Below, one piece after another: positions 11,281-21,943 of a stretch of DNA of 64,000 bases (position 1 is its first letter; each line of letters begins with the position of its first letter). Under the pieces are notes generated by a model that was not told where the DNA came from, made no database searches, and saw only the letters and a list, made by a program, of their open reading frames with translations. Origin of the DNA: Raillietiella orientalis (Eukaryota); assembly GCA_036172245.1 (NCBI GenBank), contig JAYWIR010000124.1, positions 1 to 64,000 on the forward strand. Reading direction: 5' to 3'. A program made the translations under genes and the position numbers.

Positions 11281-14200
11281 TCACGTTCTACGTAGAGGAG
11301 GGTCCATCCTTCGCAGGATGCCCTCTAGGTCCATCTTCATGTTTCCCAGATGGGGCCATCTCGCTGCTCTCCGCATGAAGCAGACCGCATACGGGATGAC
11401 ATCCCTCACGTTGGCATCCACTCCTTCGTAGCGAATGTCGCTCCATGCCGCCACGATGCCCCGGATGCAGCAGAGGGCTGCGAGGGCTGCGGCGGGCTGC
11501 AGGGCGTCCCGCACGAATAGGGGCCGAAGAACGTCTCTGGGCGCGCTGCCCGTTGGGAGCCCGAAGTTCGTCCCGAACTGTTCCCACAGGAGTCGGAGGG
11601 CAGCACATTCAACTAGTAGTTGGGGGAGCGATTCTTTTACTTCACACCTGGCACACTCAGGCCTTACACTGCCCCGCGTCCAGTGGAAGCGGCGCGCGTT
11701 CTTTTCCTTGCCTGCGATTCGGCAGGAGACTTGCCACTTTGGCTTGCGGCCGCTCGTTAAAGCCCTTCGTAGGAAGGGCAGGCTCGAAGCTAGGGGGGTA
11801 GTCTCCGCCCACGTGCTCTTGGCGGGACACTGCAGAGTAGTCCGCAGTGTGCAGCAGGCGTTGGGGCCGAATCGCAGGCGGTTCCATTCCGGGGAAGTCT
11901 GGAGGTTCAGCTTGGCCCACGTCGCAACGGATTCCTCCAGCCAGGCGGAGGAGTTGGCGGGGCTGCATACCGTCCAGCCGTTGTCTCTGACCAGGGCTTC
12001 CATGCGCCCAAGGAGAAGGCCGCATCTTCTCACCTTCCTGCCGGAGCACAGAAGGTACGACGCGAGTCCTTGCGTCCTTGACACACGGCTGGCGAGGATG
12101 CGGGCCGGAACGCACCAAGGGGTGCTCCATGACTTTGCTGCGATGGCAAGGGTGTGCCATCTCAGCTGTATGTCCAGGCGCTCCAGCGTCAGTAGGCCGA
12201 GACCGCCGTCCCGACGAGGAGCGCATAAGTCATCTAGAGGCACACGTGGTCTCCCGCTGCCCCAGAGGGCGATGCGGAGTAGGTCCTTGGTCCTCTCTTT
12301 AACGTCACGGAAGACGGGGCACACAAAAAGCAGGGGGCGGAGGATGGGAGCCGCGAAGGCGTTCCACACCGCGGCCCGTTCCGGCAGAAGGAACTTGCCT
12401 TCCAGGAACGGGCCGATTGCCAACTCTACCTTCTGGAGACGACCTGACCAGGATTCTGCGAGGCAGAAGTCCCCCAGCGGGACACCCAGGTACTTCAGGT
12501 ACTTGGCCGTGGGGATCCCCAAGCGGATCCAGTCAGGCCGTCCGACGCACATCGCACCCACCGGTACGACCGACGACTTCGCCTTGTTTACCCGCAGTCC
12601 AGTCCCACGACTTAGCAGGTCGAAGAAATCCTCGACTGCGGCTGCCGGGGCGGACATTGGCAACAAGAGCAGAAGATCGTCGGCGTACGCTTCTACGGCG
12701 GTCGTGCCGGGGCACGAGCTCGGCAAGGGGGCCAAAGTCGCCCTGTACGCTCTCAGCACCAACTCAAAGTAGGTGCTGAAGAGCAGGGGACTGAGGCTAT
12801 CGCCCTGCCGTATGCCCCTCCGCACCGGCACGCCGTACACCTGTTGGCTGGAAAAGCAGATGTTAATTATGGCGTCGCTTTAGCATGAGCGAAGGTAGGA
12901 GAGAAGGGAGGGTGGGAAACCCATGCGACCCAGGAGCTCCAAAAGTAGCTCCTGGTCAACGCAGTCGAACGCCTTATGGAGATCGACCGCGATCGCTAGG
13001 GTTCCCTTCCCAGCCCGGGTGTCCATTCCCAGCCCAACTGGCGGCCCCAATGTGGGGTTGCCAATCTTTCCGCCAGTTTCATTCAGGCAGCGTTGCACAT
13101 GGAACCATGTGCACGCGAAGAACAGGTTGGCATTTATACTTCGCCCGGGAACAGCGTATGTCTGCACCGGGCTAATTATGGAGTCTGCCACCTGTCCTAG
13201 ACGCGAAGGCCACAATCCAGCGATCAGCTTGGCGTCCGTATTCACAATTGTGATCGGACGCCAGTTGCCTTGGGATCTCAGGTCTCCTCCCTTCGGGAGG
13301 GGCCTCACACGGGCTGACCGAAACGAGGCGGGAACGTCGCCTTCGTCTCGGATCAGCCCGGTCAACTGGAGCACCAGGGGGGCCAGCTCAGTCGCGAAGC
13401 ATTGAAAAAAATTTGCAGGCAGGCCATCCTCCCCTGGCGCCTTACGCCTCTTAAGCCTTTCAATACCGGCGAGAATCTCACCGGTGGAAAAAGGCTCGTC
13501 GAGGCTGATCCTCTCCTCCTCCCCTATTGCCTGGCCTCCGTCTGGAAGCAGGAGCCGCGAGGCGTCCCACACTGGGGGTGCCCTAGCGTAAAGAGAGGAA
13601 TAATACTGCCGCACGAGGTGCCTGATCGCGGGTGGGGCCGATCGCTCCCGGCCCTCGTCGTCCAGCAAGCTGGCCGACCCGGATTGCCAGGCTTGGCGCT
13701 CGGCCCCGGCTCGATATTCGGCCAGGCGACGGACATTGGGGGTTCTCTGGTACCGGCGGGCCTGTAAATAGGCCCTGTAATTCCCAGTACCCTCCCCAAA
13801 TTCGGGGGGCAGGCGGTGCAGGGGGAATTCCTCGCAGAACTCGCGGACCGAGGCCTTGAAGAGGTCCCAATCTTTGAAACTGCAGAGGGTGACGCCTCTC
13901 AGGAATTCGCGAAGGTGTTCCTTCGCTCCTGAGACCCGCGTGCAGTCCCCAGGCAGCCGCCACGCCCTGGACGGGGGTGCTTTGTCGCGCGGGCAAACCT
14001 CGGCGATGATCCTGGAATGGTCCGACAGCGTCGACGCAACTTTTCCTGTTGGCCGACCCGCGAGCACAGGTCGACATCCAGGAAGAAGTGGTCGATGCTG
14101 CGGTCCATTCCCTCCGCGTCTGCCAACAAGTTGCGCGTGCGCATGGCAGCGCACAACTTGTTGCCCCTGCGTTCTTGTGCTTCGGGCTCACCTGACAGCA

Positions 14201-14674
14201 GACGGAGATTGAAGTCTCCAGCTATCAGGTGTGCCTTCCGCACATTCGTGTCGGCCAGCCAATCGCGCTTCAGGGTTTCCAGCAGCCTGGTACGGTCGCT
14301 GTATCCTACTTTTCCTCTCGGGGCGTACACGTTCGTGACGATCAATTCGATCGAGTCGGACCAGCTGAGAATCAGCTGACCGACCCGACCGTCGTCATCG
14401 AAGCGTACGCCCTTCACGGCAGCGTCGATGGCCGGCTTCAGGAAAAACGCGTCCCCACAGGTGTTGCGGGCGCCGCATCGCCAATACAACCGAACCCCGC
14501 GATCGTCTCGATCTCCTGGGCGTCTGCCGCGGTGATCACGTGGATCTCCTGCAGCAGGGCCAGATCGAAATCACGCAGGGTGTCGGCCGTATCTCGTCTG
14601 TTGCCGTCGTCACGCAGCCCGTTGACGTTCCAACTGGCCACGCGGATTCGACGGCGACAGGCGAGCCCAGGTGT
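11281..14674 (-). pseudogene. ORF2 APE-RT-Zn finger with two frameshifts, one stop and an in-frame C-terminal deletion
   Basis: ORFs 14438-14641, 13899-14489, 12880-14154 (KAPGEDG, DLHKAFD) and 11281-12840 (QGDSLSP, YADD, KYLG, CARC). Confidence 0.92.
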
Positions 14675-16422
14675 TATTCCTGGGAAATCGGCTGTGCGGC
14701 GTCCACCACCTGTTGGGGCGGGACGCTAGGTGGAGCAGGAGGGACAGGTGCCTCGAGCACGTGGTCCCCCTGCTCTATCGGTAGCGGCGCGTCGAGCGGG
14801 TCACCCTCCGGTGGGGTCGAGCCTACCTGTTGGCCCTCCTCCATACGGTTGGGCTGTACAGGGGCCGCGCCGGCAAGGAGGACTTCGCCCCCCTGCTCAC
14901 CCTCCTCCATGGGGGTGGCCTGCTCGGCGACTTCCGCGCGTGGGATTTCCCCCTCCGGGATTCCCACGCTGCCGTCGGCTTCCTGCTTCTCCTCCTCGCT
15001 CGTGGAGGGGAGGCGCCTCCTCGGCTTTTGGGACTTGCGTCCCGTCTTCCGGAGGGGTGCCTTCGACGAGGAGGATGCACTTCGGGCCCCCAGGTCGCAC
15101 TCACCTGCGGGGGCCTTCTTCGGCGGAGCCGGCCTTTGCACGGCCTTGCGTGAGGGGTTCTCACGCTCGGCCAGCGTGGCCGCGAGCTCCTCCGCCGCTT
15201 GCGCGAACGCGGCGACCTCGCTTTCGGCACGCGCTTCGCGCGGCTCACCCTCTGTGCAAACAGAGGGTACGTCTTCGCGAACCTCGGGCGCGGCGGAAAC
15301 GGCGTGGGAAGGCTCGTCGCCCCGGGTGGCAGTCTCGGGAGCGGCTATGCGCTCCAGTGCCACCGTACACTCCCGCATGGTCTTGCAGCGCGGCCCAGGT
15401 TTTTTCGCCTTGCCGGCTGTCTTGCGCTCTTTGCTCTCCGCGGGTGGGAGTTTCCTTGGCTTTCTAGCCCCTACAAGCTGCTATCCCTCTTCGCCTTCCA
15501 CCGTTTCAGATGGTTTATCCTCTGGTTTACGCGCCGGAGGTTGAGGTGTTGGCAGCTTGTGCTGGCCCTTTTCTACTTTAGGTCTAGAGACCTTTGAAGC
15601 GCGTTTCCCCTGCGCTTTTTTCGCAGCAGGGAAAACCGGGGTGGGGCGTTTGGGGCACACGCGCCGAACGTGGCCCCGCTCCCCGCACAAATGGCATTGT
15701 ATATTGGGACACCTTTTACGTAGGTGTCCCACGGTATCACAATACCCGCAATACCGGGGCTTCCCTACATACCACAGGTCGACGTTTTCTTGCGCCACCT
15801 GTAGTTTGTGGTAAAGCCCACAATTCTCCCTTACGGTGACCCGCGCTGCAGCCTGCCCACCAAAAAGGCTATCGAAGCCGTCGAAAATGGAGGGTTTCGG
15901 CCACAGTGCGTGCACCTCACCGTACTTTCGTAGTTTCTCACCAACCGCTGACCGCGTCATGCGGCTGGTGATGCCAGTCATGTGGACCACCACGGAGCGG
16001 TCCATTGATACTGGCAGGATCTTGCGGCCGTCTACGTTCAGCGGCGCATGGATTAGGCGGTGAGCCAGAATGACATCTTTGCAGACCACCTCAACCCGCT
16101 GCCCGCCGCTGAGGACGGAGAGGCCGTCCAGATCCTTCTCAGTGACATTCGCGTCCTTTAACGCTTTGCTGAAGGCGCGCGCTGTCCGGCCGTCGAACAA
16201 GTTGCCTACCTGGTAGACAAGCGATGGCTTGTACCCGGAGGCCTTGTATGCGGCCATCTTCGCCATGGCTTCTGCGCTGGGCTCGGCCACCATGGCGCTC
16301 CATGTCCTCGGCGTGGCCGGGGATGATTCCGGGGCCGCTGCCCCTGCTCCAGTAGGCTGTGGGGGCGAACTAGCCTCCCCCACTCCCACCTCCATCTTGG
16401 TGTCCTCTGGCGTCGTGGCCAT
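14674..16422 (-). pseudogene. ORF1 gag-like (type D), single premature TAG at 15481
   Basis: CGYCDTVGHLRKRC and CHLCGERGHVRRVC knuckles. ORFs 15481-16452 and 14674-15378 are in frame. Confidence 0.9.
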
Positions 16423-16506
16423 TGGACACCGACGATGTACACAAAACATCACTCACAAGAAAGCGCTTTCCTACTACTCTTTGAGGAGTGAAGGAAAAAC
16501 ACGTCC

Positions 16507-17958
16507 TCCAACTGGCCTTGGAGGAGTCTGGCTGCAACGATGCAGCCAGCTCATCCGCCGCACTCTCGAAGGCGGCGTCATCGATCACGGTCTTGATGAC
16601 TTACGCTTCCGCCGGTTCGCTCCCCACGCTGTTGACATTTTCAACAGTGGGTTGCTCGTCGGTAGCAGCGATTTCTACCTTGCGGCGTTCGCCGGGGACG
16701 CGTTCCACGACGACGCTGCATTCTTTTAAATTCTCGCTAACCTGCTGCTTTTTATTTTGGTAGGCGAGCTTTTTTTCAATTCGTCGTTCTTTCTTCGACT
16801 TGTTTTTCTTTTTCGCTGTGGCTTCTTGCCATTCCAACACCTGACCGCTTTTGTCGATCTTTTCGGCATTCGTTGCCGGGGTGTCGGCTGAGGCCTGGAC
16901 CACGGGAGTGGGTGGCACAGCTTGAGCGGCAGCCTTCGCCGCCAGCCTTTTCTGTAGCAGCCGCGCGCGTTTTTTTAGGTTCCTCGCGGAAACCACGCGC
17001 ACAGCGGATTGCGGACACACTTCCCTTGTGTGACCCATTGTCCCGCATACCAGGCACTGTACGTTGGGGCACCTCCTTTTGAGGTGTCCCGACGTGTTGC
17101 AGAAGCCACAGTATTTGGGCTTCCCCACGTACCAGAGGTCGACGCTTTCTCCGCCGACCACCAGTTTCTGAGGAAGGGTAGAGTCCTCCCGAACGATTAC
17201 ACGGGAAGCCGTGAGGCCGCACTGAACTCTGGTATAGTCCTCGAAAGGACTAGGCTTGGTCCATACTGCATGGACCGTGCCTTCTTTTCCCAACGCGGCG
17301 CGTAACTGTTCTTTCCGCATCCGCGCGGTAACTCCTAAAATGTGGACCACCATACTGTGGTCCGCCGTAACGAAAGGAACCTGCCTGTCCCAATTACCAC
17401 GGGGGTTTTAAGCAGACGTTGGGCCAGATCTGCACGTTTGCAGATCACCTCTACGTACTGCCCCCCGCTACGAATGGTTATAGCGCAGAGCTCCTCCTCT
17501 TTAACATCGAGAGCGCGCATCCCCTTCGAAAAGGCGCGCGCACTCTCAGCAGAATACAAATTTCCTACCTTGTAAAATACTGATGGGTTATACCCCTCTT
17601 CCACATAGGCAGATAATTCCGCCGCGGCTGCAGGCGATGGCGCCGACACGACGGCGCTCCACGCCCGCGCTGCAGCGCAGATTGGTTTTGTGGGGGCGAA
17701 CGCCCCCACCTCCTTCGCCACTGAATGCGACGTTGCCGCCGCCTCCTTGCACTCCACCTTCTCTAGAGGCGACGTTTCCGCCGCCACCTGGCACTCCATT
17801 TCTTCAGGAGGCGACGTTGCCACCGCCCCCTGACACGCATTGGTGGTCGTGTCAGGCATTGCTGCCTGATCGACCACCACCACACACGGAGCCTACAACT
17901 AGGGACGGTTCCCGGCACGAGGAGCACCAAGGAAACACGTCCGCTCTAGCCGACGTAG
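16507..17958 (-). mobile_element. LINE 5' part, subfamily A: 5' end plus frameshifted ORF1
   Basis: ORFs 17335-17883 and 16601-17353 closely resemble 4350-5279. GGACGTGTTT at 17933-17942. Confidence 0.9.
17728..17830. repeat. 42-bp tandem repeat (~2.5 copies) in the ORF1 N-terminus
   Basis: GCGACGTT recurs every ~42 nt. Peptide VATSPPEEMECQVA / AETSPLEKVECKEA / AATS. Confidence 0.7.
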
Positions 17959-20090
17959 AGCTTTCGACTGCGTCGACCAGGAGCTCCTTCTGAAGCTCCT
18001 GGAACGCTTGGGATTTCCGACCGTCTTCCTGGCCTACCTGCGCTCCTGCTGGCGCTTCACGTTCATCAATATTAATTTCAGCAGCCGGCACGTGTTCGGC
18101 GTGCCGGTTCGTCGTGGCATCCGGCAGGGTGACAGCCTCAGCCCCCTGCTCTTCAGCATCTACTTTGAGTTGGTGCTGAGAGCATACAGGGAGACTTTGG
18201 CAACCTTGCCGAGCTCGTGTCCCGGCACGCCTTCCGTGTCGGCCTATGCCGACGATCTTTTGCACCTGCTTCCCGGGTCCACCCCGGCATTGGCGCTCGA
18301 ACATTTCTTCGAGTTGCTATACCGTGGGACAGGCCTCCAGGTGAATAGGACGAAGTCGTCGTTGCTTTTCACCGACTCGACGAGGGCCGGACGGTCGGAC
18401 TGGATCCGCTTGGGGATCCCCACGGGCAGGTACATCAAGTACCTTGGCGTTCCTTTGGGGAACTTCTGCTCTGCAGAAGCCTGGTCCGACCGTCTACAAA
18501 AGCTGGAGCTGGCGATCGGCCCGTTCCGGGACTGCATGTTCCACTTGCAGGAACGGGCCACGGTATGGAACGCTTTCGCTTCCTACTTTTTGTGTGCCTT
18601 ACCCCGTACCAAATCAGGACACGGACTAGGGGCCTTATACGGAAAGCCCTCTGGGGCAACCGGAGGCCTCGCTTCCGGCTCAAAGACTAGTGCGCTCCAC
18701 GCAGGGACGGTGGACTTGATCTTCTGACGTTGGAGCGCATGGAGCGACAGCTCCAATTCAGAAAACTTGCCCTTGTGGCAAAGTTTTGGACAGCACCCTG
18801 GTGTGCACCGGCAAGACTCCTTGCTCACAGGGCAACCGGCTGCTTCGGATTGACTTCAATCCTGGTAGGCAACGAACGCAGCCTGAACCATTGTGGTTAT
18901 CAGCTGCGGGATTTGGTTGCTCTGATGAGAGACATCATTTGGATCTCCTGCATCCCAGCGGACTGGACTACCTGGCTTCAGGAGTCCGTATCCGCATGGG
19001 CGAAGATCAATGGCACCAGCGATGAGGACTTATCCTGCCTCCGCAGAGGGAGGCACGCTGGTCAGCCACTCCAGGAGATCGTTTCCAACCCACGGAAACT
19101 TCTGTGGGCTTCCTTCACCCCCCTTGCCCCAGTGCTGCCCTCCCTCAGGGAAGTTCGGGACAGCCACCAACAGGCATCGTGGGAAGTGTCCTGCCTCATC
19201 GGAGGCAGGAAAAAATCACTGAAGGCGTGGACGCCGAGGGAACTAGCGGACGCTAGTACCCCGAGTGTCCCGCCGAACTGACTTTTACGCTGGGGCGAGC
19301 TGCTCGATATACCTCCGGAGGAGGTGAAGTGGCCCCCAGCGTCATGGGACAACGGCACCCTTCTTCTGCAGTGGCAGGAGACGGCGTTGCTTCTGCTCCA
19401 CTGGGGACTTTTAAGCAGAGCACGCCTGTCTCGCTGCACAACGGCCAATGTGGATGCTACTTGTGCAGAGTGCGGGGAAAGGGAGACTTTTCCCCACTTG
19501 ATTCTGGAGTGTGTTGCCCTCCGCGAAATGTGGGACAGACTCTCGTCGATCCTCAACATTCCGGGGGGTAACCCGAAAAATTTATTCAGACGCCTCCTGA
19601 CGCAAGACGGCTTGCCAGTCAACGGGAGCGTAGCAGTGCTCTGCTGCATACGCGGTATCCTGGAGAAGTGGACCGCGTCTAGGAGAGGAAGGACCAGCCG
19701 GAATGCCATCCACTGGGCAGCGATCTCCTTGGAGAAAGCGTGCCGTTGGCGCCGACTTCAAACACATTTGCCGGCACTTGTTCGCATCCGAAACCGGATG
19801 CAAAGGCCTGCTCACGGCGCACCGTGATCCCCTCCCTTCCTCCCCCTCCCCAAAAAACACTGCCCTCCAGACGTTTTTCTTTTTTGTTTTTGTTTTCTTT
19901 CATTTTTCCCGTCCCGGCGCCAGTGAAGGACCTTATCGGCCTCCGGGTCGGTAAGGACAAGTGCTACTGAACTTCTGCACTGAACTTCTGACGTCGTAAA
20001 GAGAAAAATTTTAACAACATAGACTTGATTACAAAATTTTGTAATGTAAAAATTTCAGTAATAAAAGCCCAGGCTTACCCGGGTGAAAAA
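17959..20090 (+). mobile_element. LINE 3' part from the RT AFD motif to the 3' end
   Basis: ORFs 18008-18727 (QGD, YADD, KYLG), 18730-19281 and 19324-19827. Ends AATAAAA...CCCGGGTGAAAAA. Confidence 0.9.
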
Positions 20091-21943
20091 CCCTGTCGGG
20101 TTTCGTGGAGACTTCGCGTTGCTTCGCGGCGGGCGTTGCCTGGCTGCCTACTTTTGATCGGTGAGCACACGCTTTTGAACGAGTTGTCCTCGTCTCGGTG
20201 ATCGGAATGGCATCCATTTCGGAGTCCGACCGGCGCATGTTCGATCTGCTTTGGCCTTCCGCAAAGCAGTGACAGGTTCTGCTGGATTGACAGCTGTCCT
20301 GTTGTCGTTTTCCGTCACCAGAGCATCGCTTTTGGTGACGGCTGCTTTCCCGGCGCGCGCGTTTTCAGCGTGCTCACGCGCAGCTCTACGAGTGACCTTT
20401 GCTGAAGTCTTCTTTACTTCATTACGGTTCCTCACTTCGCGTGGCGCCGTAAATGGAGATTGTGCTCCATTGCCATCTTTGAAGCCATCCGCGTCTTTGG
20501 ACGGGAGCACTTTGGATGGCTCCGACACGCTAGTCATGGACGCTGCCTTCGGAAGGGCTTTTAATCCCTTCGTTGGCATGGCATCCGCGCCAGTCGAGAG
20601 CTTGCTCTCCGACTGCGACGGCGTGAGATTTTTCTCCGCTTTCGCGGTGTTGGATCGCGACGCGGATTTTTTTTTGCCGACTTTCGAGGTCGACACGGCA
20701 CAACGCTTCTTACCCGATTTGGGCTTCTGAGCTACTGCAGGAGGTGAAGGAATGGATCTGACGGTACTGGAAGTGTCCTTACCGCCGTTGCCCATTGCCC
20801 CGCCGGCTGCTCGAACTCCGAGAGAGCCGGGCGTTCTTGGAAAGGACCGCTATTGCGCATAGGGGGAATTACCATTGCCCCGTATTCCCCGCACCCTTTC
20901 TTTTGCGGCTCTTCTGTCGCGTGAGGGGGCGCGCAGGGCTTCGCGTGCGAGGTTTCCTGCTGCTTTGGGGCGACATTCCGCCTCGCGTTTTTACGGAATT
21001 TCTGCCGTGAGGCCTCCAGCTTTTTCGCAGGATTTTTTTTCTTATCCACGCTTTGTTTTTCAAGATGGAGCTTTGCGGCTGCCTTTTTTCGCAAAAGATC
21101 CTGGCAATTTTTCAATTGGTGCCCGGATAGTTTGCAATAACGGCATTTTCCAGAGGGGCGTTTATCCAAACAATGCCCCTCCTTCCCGCATTGCTCGCAC
21201 GTTCTTACTTTGCCCACGAACCACAGGTGAACGACCGTGTCTTTCACCTGTAGTTTGGTGGGCAGCAGACGGCGGTCCGGCATTGTAAGCCGGACTCCAG
21301 CGACTCCGCTGTGTATGGACGGGAAGTCCTTGAGGTTGCTACGCACCCTCCACAGCGCATGGACCATGACGAATTTTGCCAACGCGATCCGAATATCAAT
21401 AGCGGAGATTTCCGACACGATGTCGAAAATCTCCGCCACAAATGAGTCGTCCATGGCGGCCGGGAAGACCTTCTGGCCACGGATCGACAAGGGGGTGCGC
21501 AGCAAGCGTTGCACAAGTGCAGCGTCTTTGCAACACACCTTGAAATAGCCCATATCCTTTACGGGCATAATAGCGAGGAGGCCCTCCTCCCGCACGGCAA
21601 CACGGGTCAGTTCATCGTTGAACTGATTCCCGTCGCGCGCAGAAAGAAAACCACTCACCTTATATCGGAAAGCAGGTCTATAGCCTTGGTTACGTATGCC
21701 CGCAACTCCGACTCGTCGAGTGGTTTCCCTGTGACGGCTGCTGTGGCAGCAACTTCAGCAAAACTCCTCTCCATTGGCGGCAAAGACGAAGTGGAGGCGG
21801 CCGTCGGTTCCGCGATTGCAGATCCCGATGCTGTTCCTCCAACTTCAGTAGCTTCGGGTTGGGTCGACATCGTCGTCAAAATGTACGACGCCAAGATGAA
21901 GCGGATGAAAGCACGGAGACGAGAGCGAAGAAAAACACGTCCC
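20091..21943 (-). mobile_element. LINE 5' part, subfamily C: frameshifted ORF1
   Basis: ORFs 21655-21894, 20732-21658 (CEQCGKEGH, CRYCKLSGHQLKNC) and 20148-20795. 5' motif at 21931-21942. Confidence 0.88.

Larger units (their letters stand above)
11068..16506 (-). mobile_element. Tx1/L1-like element, subfamily D, both termini present, degenerate
   Basis: 5' GGACGTGTTTTT at ~16496-16506, then ORF1, ORF2 and a 3'UTR ending AATAAACG...CTCGGGTGACAA. No matching target-site duplication on the two sides. Confidence 0.92.

Noticed and set aside
11435..12772. Long antisense ORFs (445 aa here; also 7737-8789, 14540-15544, 3699-4469)
   Set aside because: Shadows of GC-rich coding sequence on the other strand, with no motifs and no conservation between copies.
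12878..12884. Frequent TGG to TAG/TGA/TAA stops (5457, 12880, 15481, 25030, 60051) as APOBEC- or RIP-like editing
   Set aside because: Trp codons are the easiest route to a stop and stops are what the eye notices. No substitution spectrum was computed.
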